Source of the DNA: Salpingoeca rosetta
Taxonomy: Eukaryota; Protista; Choanoflagellata
Direction: 5' to 3'
Assembly: GCA_033442325.1 (NCBI GenBank)
Contig: JAWQFM010000007.1
Coordinates: 1,166,990 to 1,230,989 of the forward strand
Length of the DNA: 64,000 nucleotides
Positions 51,946 to 64,000 of the stretch are shown in pieces (within the stretch, counting starts at the first letter, position 1; the number at the start of each line of letters is the position of its first letter). The translations under genes were made by a program, and so were the position numbers. A model generated the notes under the pieces. The model was given only the letters and a program-made list of their open reading frames with translations, was not told the DNA's origin and did not search any database.

Positions 51946-52457
51946 TCAGGTTGATGACGGTGGCGGTGGGGTGGTGGTTGTCAGAGCAGAAGAGCCGAGC
52001 GCTGCAGCCGTGGCGGCGGCAGCGTCGACGGTGTTGTTGGTGCTGTTGCGGGTGTGATTGTTGTCGTTGTTGCTTGGGGCTGTCTGTGCGAGCACGTGAC
52101 TGATGGCATGCGCGACAACGCGCGCATCGTATTCACCTTGCTGCTGCTGCTGTTGAGTGATAGCTGCGCTCAGAGTGGTGGTCGGTGGGTGTGCTGGTGC
52201 CCGGTGGAAGGGACCAGCACCGTGTGTGCACACAAACCGGAAATCGCGCGCCTGTCGCAGCAGCTCGCACCGCACAACCCTGGCGACACATGGGAACAGT
52301 AGAGAGGTGGGATGGGGTTACAGACAGTGTACACGCACGCATGCGTGGCAGTGAGGTGAGTGATGCTGGTGGTAAAATAATACGGTAATGATAGCGGCTT
52401 TGAACCTAATAATCAAACCTAAATGTGGAGTGATAGAAGAGGAGAGAGAGAGAGTGA

Positions 52458-52528
<71 letters not shown>

Positions 52529-53966
52529 GGAAAACAACATCAGGGTTACAGCACCTGTTGCTGGGGAGATGAATGGTTCCATGCTCAAAGTGCTCGTCGC
52601 TGGCAAGGGCACACACCTGCCAAAAGATTGGCGGTGCAACCGAGATACGGCAGTATTTGCCGTGTCAGCAGGACGGGTTGAAACGCACAGATGGACGAAC
52701 ATGGAGAGCGAGGAGGAGAAACGGTAATTTGAAATCGACACATACAGACATACATACACACGTATAACGGCCGATGCATGTGGCACGCACCGTGTCTGCA
52801 TTTGTTGACTCGATGAAGTTAAGAACGCAGTTGAGGACAAACCTCGACATCTATCGACACAAAGGGAGGAGGTGTGTACCATAGCAGCGGTGAGCCCGAT
52901 GACAAGTCCTCAGGACGATCACGTGCAGACACACACACACACACACACACACAGTCACAGTCACACATGCGTGTTCGCGTGCATCCACATGCGTACACGC
53001 GACCGCACAGCATAACACCACCACCCTCATCTTGACAAGAGGGGCGCACGAACCACGCGGTCTGCGTCGCTGCGCGTGAGTTCGCGGAGGGCTCGACGGT
53101 CCTGCGTCGGCCGGCCAATGGGCGTGGACTTGATCACAACTTTTCCACCCTTCTCGCTGTGGTCATAGTCGACCCTGAACACACACACACACACACAAGC
53201 ACACACACACACACACACACACAAGCACACACACACACACGCACGCATTCAACACATTGAAGAGAGTGGAGTGAGGAATACAAACAGCTACATGCAAGCA
53301 TATGCTGTGAGGACACAGCTTCCCAAAACACGGCAACGTTCATTCGGTGTGTGTGTGAATGTGAATGTGTGACGAACGTGAGTGAGCTGGTGACGCTTCC
53401 GATGGAGCCGACGATGCTCCATTTGTGCTTGTGCAACGCTGGCCCGAGGTCCTCAATGCGGAAACAGCACACGCGCTGCCACCGCTCGCAAGCCTCTGCA
53501 CCAACGGACGCACGCGTCAATACATGAGCATCACGGTGCGCATCACACACACACACACACACTCTCTCTCTCTCACGCACGCGCATACAGCAAGACTCAC
53601 ACTTAAACACACGCGCATGCACACGCCTACACACGCACACAAGCACACAAAGCATGTGTTTTGTTCACCGTCACTAACCCTTGAGCCGCTGTGTGATCCG
53701 GGGTTGGCGGAGTTTGCAGTCTGCAATGGCGGCAAAGGACTTGACGAGCGAGGGAAGGCGGTCATGGTGCACTGGCAACGACGTCTTGTACAGCAGCAGC
53801 GCGCGCCGCAACTCCCGCTCCCCGCGGCCTGACGTGTGACCGTACGTGGTGCATGGTGGTTGAGGTGGCTGAGCGATGAGTATCACACACAGGCCTACAC
53901 TTGTTCTCTTTCACATACTTGCTACATCGCACATTCACTCCGTCTCGCGCTCTTTCGCACACACAC

Positions 53967-54001
<35 letters not shown>

Positions 54002-55251
54002 TGCCACATACACACATATGCCACATACACGCCACACACACACACACACATGCCACACCCCACAAGGGAGCAGCCACTTACGGCGCACGAGCGACTGGTG
54101 AAGCTGTTTCAGCAACAGCGTGAGCTCGTGGTGGTGCTTGGGAGCGTTCGCATCATCCAGTGATGGTGTTGGTGCTGTGTTTGTCGATGTTGTTATTGGT
54201 GGTGACGTTGTCTCGTTTCCATCCTGCTGTGGTGGCTGCTTGTGTTCCTGCGCGTGATCCTGTACATGCGCCTGTGGTACCTCCTGTTGCTGTGTATCAA
54301 CATGACCGCTTGCATGACCGCCGCTGTCTTCGGCTGTGTCCATCCCTTCACTGGCGCGCGTCTGAGGCTGTGCTGCTGGTGCTGGCGACGACAACGGTGC
54401 TTCGTTCGTCGCTGCTATTGATGCTGCTGCTGGCGTCTTGGCGGGAATGTCGCTGAAATGGAGACAGACAACAACCTGGATGCCTGGCCCGAGGGTGAGG
54501 GAAATGGCGTTGCGCGCAGGCATGGTGCACGTGATGCCATCGCCAGCATCGCCGGCACCACGCAGCAGCATGTTGAAGAGCTGCAGCTGGTGGGCGTGGC
54601 GCTGTGCAGCCTGCAGTGCAGAGAGCCAGTGGGACGACGGTGGCTGGATGCGCACGCGAGAGAGGGCATCTGGTGACACGTGTCCCGCGTACACGCGAAT
54701 GTCCGTGTTGGCGCGAAGAGATATGGGCACGTCTGCGAGCAGCTGGCGCTGCTGTTGTGAGAAGGAGAGGCTGCATTGGTGGTCTGGGTTTCTGGCGCGA
54801 ACGATGCGCGAGCCCGGCGCAACGCTTGCAAACAGGCGGCCATCCGACCGCACAATGCGAAACGCAGAAGCCGCCTGTGTGAGCTGGGAGAACCGTTGCA
54901 CTTCGCTGGCCATGGTGTCGTGCAGGCGCGTGATGGCGCCGCGGAGCGTCTCTGCTGCCGTGTGCATCTGCTGACGCTTCAACTGCAGGCGAGCAGCAGG
55001 GCTAAATTCCAGCTTGGGCACAGCAACGCGCTCCATATCCAGGTACTGTGTCTTTTGTGCCATGTTCAGCACAGCAATCAGCATCTGCATCTGATCGTTC
55101 GCAGCCCTGTTTTGTATGTGTGTGTGTGTGTGCATGATGGGAAGTGTGCAGGGTGAATACGGCACGCTCGATGCACCTGAGAGTGTCGATGGGCTTTCTT
55201 CCTTCAGCCATCCTGGTACACCGGTGCTGCACAACCATTTGCCCACACACT

Positions 55252-55311
<60 letters not shown>

Positions 55312-55960
55312 CACGCACGCACACGCGCGCACACACACGCACACACACACACACTCCAGCACAAACATTCCCGAGCCACGTCGCTTACGTGATTGCTGTG
55401 TCGAGAGCTCGCATCTGTTGCAGGTTTGATTTGTCCTCTTGCTCGTATTCCTCCAGGTGGCTTGCCTCCTCCTCCGTCTCCTCCGTCTCTTCTGCCTTTT
55501 TCTCTTCTTTTCCATTCCCGTCTGCCAGTTTGGTTGGCTGTGTTGTGCTGTGGCTGTCGTCCTGAGCCTGCTCCAGCTTCTCAAAGTCCAACCGGGTGAG
55601 GACCTGAAATGCCCGCGAGGCCGCCTTCAGCTCACTGCGGGTTCGAGTCGTGGCGTGTTGCGTGAGTCACGGACAAGGAGAGCTCGGCAAGCGCCCTCGC
55701 CGGCATGCGAGACACAAAACGTGAACAACAGCTGCAATCTCATACAACAACCAACTCCAACCAACTACTGCCAACAAGAAGCGATGTTGCACTGTTGGCG
55801 TCAGTCCAGAGCTGTACACAAACACATAGGTTGCATGGCAAAGGTGGGAATCTTTGAAGACGTACTTGACATGCTCCTCCTTGCCGTCAACAGTGTACTG
55901 GGCCACTGGCACCTCTGTGTGCCCTTCCAGCTGCACTTTTGCTCGCTTTGCACTGTCCAT
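51946..55960 (-). CDS. MED17: Mediator complex subunit 17 (MED17)-like; 3' exons uncertain
   Basis: KVQLEG..YTVDGKE, TRLDF plus acidic linker, RAANDQMQMLIAVL, RLQLKRQQMHTAAETLRGAITRL, ALQAAQRHAHQLQLFNMLLRGA and LTLLLKQLHQSL parallel recalled MED17 blocks in the same order. Confidence 0.65.
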
Positions 55961-56363
55961 CTTGACTGCCTGCCTTGTTGTCCTTTAAATAGCACATTGT
56001 GCTAAAATAAGTGTGTGTGTGTCTGTCTGTGTGTGTGTCTGTCTGTCTGTCTGTCTGCCTTGCCTGTGTGTCTGTGTGTGTGTCTGTGTGTGTGTGTCTG
56101 TGTGTGTGTGTCATGTATGTCTGTCTGTCTGTCTGCCTTGCCTGTGTGTCTGTGTGTGTGTCTGTCTCATATGTGTCTTTCTGCCTCACTGCCTTGCCTG
56201 TCTGCCTTGCCTGTCTGCCTTGCCTGTCTGCCTTGCCTGCGTTCGGGAACCACGTTTACTTGGACGCGGCCTTGGTGTAACAACAACGAAACACAAGTCG
56301 TTGATTCAGCACTTCTCCCTTCCCCCTCCATCTCCACTTCCTCCCATCGTAGTTGAAGCTTCA

Positions 56364-56724
56364 TCACTCTTGCGCAACAAAGTTGTCGTAGTACGCCCTG
56401 CATATGTGACAACGAGAGGGGTGGGGAGGTGGATAGGGAGTGAGGTATACATGTGCCATTACATGCAAACACGCACACACAGATACACTGACGTGTGCAA
56501 TTACATGCAAACACGCACACACGCACACACACACACACACACTGCGCAAACACGCATCGTACGTTGCAATGGCCGACTGGATTCTATCTGTGATTTCGGG
56601 CATGGTGCCGGTTTGTCTGCCGGGCGAACCGGAAAAGATGGCATAGGGCGGAACCATCGTGTCTGGCGGCAGCACCGTGTTGTCCTCAATGCGGCACCGC
56701 TCACTCAAGATGCACCGCCGACCC
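56364..56724 (-). CDS. DCTN5: Dynactin subunit 5 (p25), last two exons only
   Basis: GRRCILSERCRIEDNTVLPPDTMVPPYAIFSGSPGRQTGTMPE...|AYYDNFVAQE* matches the p25 left-handed beta-helix C-terminus. Upstream exons were not found. Confidence 0.85.
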
Positions 56725-56727
56725 TAC

Positions 56728-56807
<80 letters not shown>

Positions 56808-56998
56808 TTTGTGCGTCTGTGTGTGTCTGGCTGTCTTTGTTTCTTCGATATTTGTCCCTACTGGATGAACGCTGCCACCAACACAACCTCACCCCGCCCC
56901 GCTCCGCTCCCCCCCCCCCTTGTTCTCCTGCCCATTCCTCCGCCACTGTTTGGCCCAACCAGACCCGGCACCCGTCGTTCCCGCACCGCTGCTGTCAG

Positions 56999-60535
<3,537 letters not shown>

Positions 60536-61703
60536 CTGCCACGTGCCTTTTCAAAGTGGTCTCGTGTGCGTGCACCATGCATATACTTGTGTGTTTGCTG
60601 TCATGTGCCCTCGTCTGAATGGCAGTTTTGGCCTCCCACGTTTTGTACACTGTCCTTTCTCTGTCGACTATACTCGTTATGTGTTTCTTCTTTCTTTCTT
60701 CTTTTGCGTGTGTGTGTGTGTTGATTGATAATGGAGCCCATGCCTTCTTGTGTCTATATCCACCACGTGCGCGCAGCACTCTTTGTTTGTGCGTGTGAGT
60801 TGAAGCATGAGCGTTGATGTGCTCCTTTTTGCCCTTTGTTTTGTGGTCTTGTTTGATATCGTGCTCCTGTCTAATAACTTATCCTTGCACACACACACAC
60901 ACACACACATGCTTCTCACCATGTGTGCCCAGGCATTCACAGCTGGCTTCTCTTTCTTTGTCTTTCCTTGTGGCACCTTGACGGTGTAGCGACCTTAGTT
61001 CTCTGTGAGAGAGAGAGAGAGAGAGAGAGTGTGTGTGTGTGTGTGTGTGTGTGTCGAGCGATTGTGAAGGGCACACATGACTACTTGCATAGCCTGTACC
61101 CAGACGCCGTCACTTCGGCATACTGTTGCCATTTTGTTTCCTCATTTCATTGACTCTTTCCGTTTGCCTCGCTGCTTTGTCTTGCTAGAACCACATTGTC
61201 CTTCTCTTTCGTTGACATTAGTCGCATTTCACCATCCAAATACACCATTAGAAGCAACACAGCAACACGCCTCCGGCGAGAGAGAGAGAGTGTGTGTGAG
61301 TGAGTGTGTGTGTGTGTGTGATGACGTAGTTGTGACCAAGGTTGCTTTTGCTTTTGCTTGCTTGCTTGATCATTGTAGTTGTGTTGTGCTGAGACGCTTT
61401 CTCGACGAAGACAAAGATGCAAGAAGCAAGGAAAGCAACGAAATGGTAAGTGCAATCAACCGGCAGTGATGGCAGCCCATGGCATGGCACATACGCACTC
61501 AAACACGGAAACAAAACCAGCAGTGAACACAACAGCAGGTACATCCGGCCAGGAACGAACATCACAAGCAAGGTGCAAAAAGTGGCGCGAAAAACGTAGC
61601 TACGCACATGCACACAGAAAACGCAACGTGTCGCATCACACATAAGAGAAAGAATAAGACCCGTCTATGCCAACTGGTTCACGGAGACATGGTGGGGCAG
61701 GGT

Positions 61704-62264
61704 TCAGAAGTCGGCAGTCATAATCGACAGAAACTCTTCCTCGTTGACTGGTTGGTGTGTATGAGTGTGTGTGTGTATGAGTGTATGTGTGTATATGTGT
61801 GTATATGTGTGTGTATGTGTGTATGTGTGTGTGTGTGTGTGTGCGTGCGTACGACAAGGACAGGGTTGAGGGGTGAGCGACTGCGATGGAAGCATTGGCA
61901 GATATGGCGCATTGTCAACACCATGTCGACACCATGTTATTCATAGAACACTTCAAACAGACATCAAACGGTCATAAGACAGCACCATCATGGCAACATA
62001 CAACACACAGATGCACACACACGCACAAGCTACGTCTTCCTCACTCTCTCCGTCGTTGTCCTGGTCAAACTCCTCAATCATCGCCTTAAGCTCATCATCG
62101 GGAATGTCCTCTCCCAATTCCCTGTTTGTGACGCAAAGCAACGCGCAGCCGCGGTATGAGGAAAGTTGGGGAGGTGAATGTATCTCGTGGCATAAGCAAA
62201 CGACACAGACGAGCAGCCACTCTCTTGCGGAAATACACACCACACTCACTCGCACACACACACA

Positions 62265-62308
<44 letters not shown>

Positions 62309-63173
62309 CTCACTCACACACACACACACACAAACACACTCACTCACACAAACACACACCAACACACACACTCACACACAAACACACACACACTCACTCA
62401 CTCTCTATCTCACACAAACACGAACGCACCTTGCAACCCTTCTGAGGTTGCCGATGCTGATCTTGCCCGTTTGGTCCTCATCAAACAGCTTGAACGCCTT
62501 CATCACCTCTTCAATCGGGTTGCGGTCCAAGATGCGGTCACCAACTATTCACGCACATGCACACATGACAGTGGTGGCACGGTCGTGAGCAGAACCCGGG
62601 CGCAGTTACACGACTGGCAAAGTGATCAGCAACAACTCCAACACACAGCAGTGCTTGACAGCGTACCAACAGCGTTGAAATCTTGTTCTGAGATGAGGCC
62701 GGTGCCATCACGGTCGTACTCGCGCATAATCTTCTGCACCTCTGTCTTCTTCACGTCAAACCCGAGGGCCCTCATTGCAACCTTGGTTAATGCAGCAAAA
62801 CGCCGTGTGAGCACCAACAGCAGTGGCGTCGAGTGTTGCGCGTTTTTTGGTTGCAGAGGGTTGCAAAGAGGGCGACCCAAACGCAGGTTGTGGTGTGGTA
62901 TGAGACGAACGCGTACGTGGGGCATGTGGCACAACCATCGTGAGCACTGTGAACATAGCAGTCAATACTGGTGGCAGCAGAATCCCAACAACATTATCAA
63001 CAACGGCAGAACACCTTGAGCTCGTGGTAGTCGAGGCAGCCATCCTTGTCTGTGTCGAAGAGGTCAAACGCCTCCTTGATTTCGTGGCGCTCGTCCTCTG
63101 TGAGTTCGCGGCGCTTCTTCGCCGCAGACGCCGGTCCCAGCGTCGGCCTCTCGTGCCGCGTGTACAGGCTCAT
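61704..63173 (-). CDS. CETN3: Centrin-3 (Cdc31 class EF-hand protein)
   Basis: MSL...[35 protein letters not shown]|[17 protein letters not shown]|[29 protein letters not shown]|[20 protein letters not shown]|[14 protein letters not shown]. The DYHELK, GFDVKK and MIEEFD motifs are centrin-3 type. Confidence 0.95.
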
Positions 63174-63547
63174 TTCCTCCTGTCAGCAAAGCATCGCAGC
63201 ATGCAACGGTGTTATGAACGAACATAACGCCCCACATCCAACACTAAACGACACCACACGCACGCCAGCACGCCAGGGAAGCAGGGAAGCACAAGCAGGA
63301 TAGGAAAGCAAGCCAGTGACAACGACCACACAAACAACAGTCCACACCACACACCAAACAGTCAACACCAGTCAACAACAGTCCACACCAACCAAACAGT
63401 CAACAACTTCACACACACACACCGTTGCAGTCGGGAAAATTCGTAGATAGCTTTCATAAATTCCGCAACTGCGAAGTGGTTCCCAATACAGACAGGGTGA
63501 GCTGTGCTGTGCTGAGATGGTTCCATGGTTCCATGGTTTTTGGAGAT

Positions 63548-63581
<34 letters not shown>

Positions 63582-63734
63582 TGACATGTTTGGTGCATGG
63601 CGATGTGGTGTCCCACACGTGTGGCTCGTGGCTTCTCTCCCAAGGTTGCAGGGTGGTACGACGTGCTTCTCACATGGTGTGTGCCTCCGTCATCAGTTTG
63701 ATTGGTACAGGCAGAACAAGACAGCGTCAGCGGC

Positions 63735-63932
63735 ATGTCAGGCGTGGACGAGGAGCAGCTCATCAAGGAGCTCAAGGGCAAGGGCCACTCGGAGGTGTAT
63801 GCCCGCGCATACGCAGCCAAGGTGCACGAGGGTGAGCTGTTTGCCCACCACTTTGCCCTGCTGAGGGAGAAGCGTGCCAAGTCCAAAGGCGACATCGCCG
63901 CCACCTCGGCACCTGCACCAGAGCAAGCAGAG
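63735..63932 (+). CDS. First exon of an unknown protein, continues beyond window
   Basis: ATG at 63735, coding-like codon usage (MSGVDEEQLIKELKGKGHSEVYARAYAAKVHEGELFAHHFALLREK...), strong donor GTGAGC at 63933. Divergent from CETN3. Confidence 0.6.
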
Positions 63933-64000
63933 GTGAGCCTCGTTTGTGGAGAAGAGCCCCAGTTCCGATTCTGATTCGTGCATGTGTGTGTGTGTGCGTG

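Noticed and set aside
61392-61450. Exon-like stretch (RFLDEDKDARSKESNEM followed by GTAAGT)
   Set aside because: No linkable upstream or downstream exons; it lies between convergent 3' ends and support is insufficient.

Overview
Eukaryotic, intron-dense, gene-compact genomic DNA. Its introns are packed with (GT)n/(CA)n and (GTT)n/(CAA)n microsatellites. Gene content (fungal-type MSH1 and AIM24 alongside animal-type XPO6, FNBP4-like and CREBL2-like genes) and intron style suggest a unicellular holozoan, most plausibly a choanoflagellate such as Salpingoeca rosetta; this is inference. Most ORF-track entries are artefacts of translating intronic repeats. Manual exon stitching at GT-AG sites gives 16 genes: PhyH-family dioxygenase (5'-partial), FNBP4-like WW protein, dynein light intermediate chain, NUDT9, dynamin-related protein (-), lipocalin (-), MSH1-type MutS, AIM24 (-), GTPBP1, exportin-6 (-), an intronless 932-aa bZIP, MED17 (-), the 3' part of dynactin p25 (-), a 5'-truncated PX-domain protein, centrin-3 (-) and the first exon of an unknown gene. 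There are two 100-N gaps and several probable assembly lesions. The most interesting signals are a polarised intron grammar (GU-rich repeats after donors, AC-rich repeats replacing the polypyrimidine tract at acceptors) and a CREBL2/REPTOR-BP-type bZIP inside a long disordered protein rich in 14-3-3/AGC-kinase motifs. All family calls rest on recalled motifs, not database searches, and exon coordinates are approximate.
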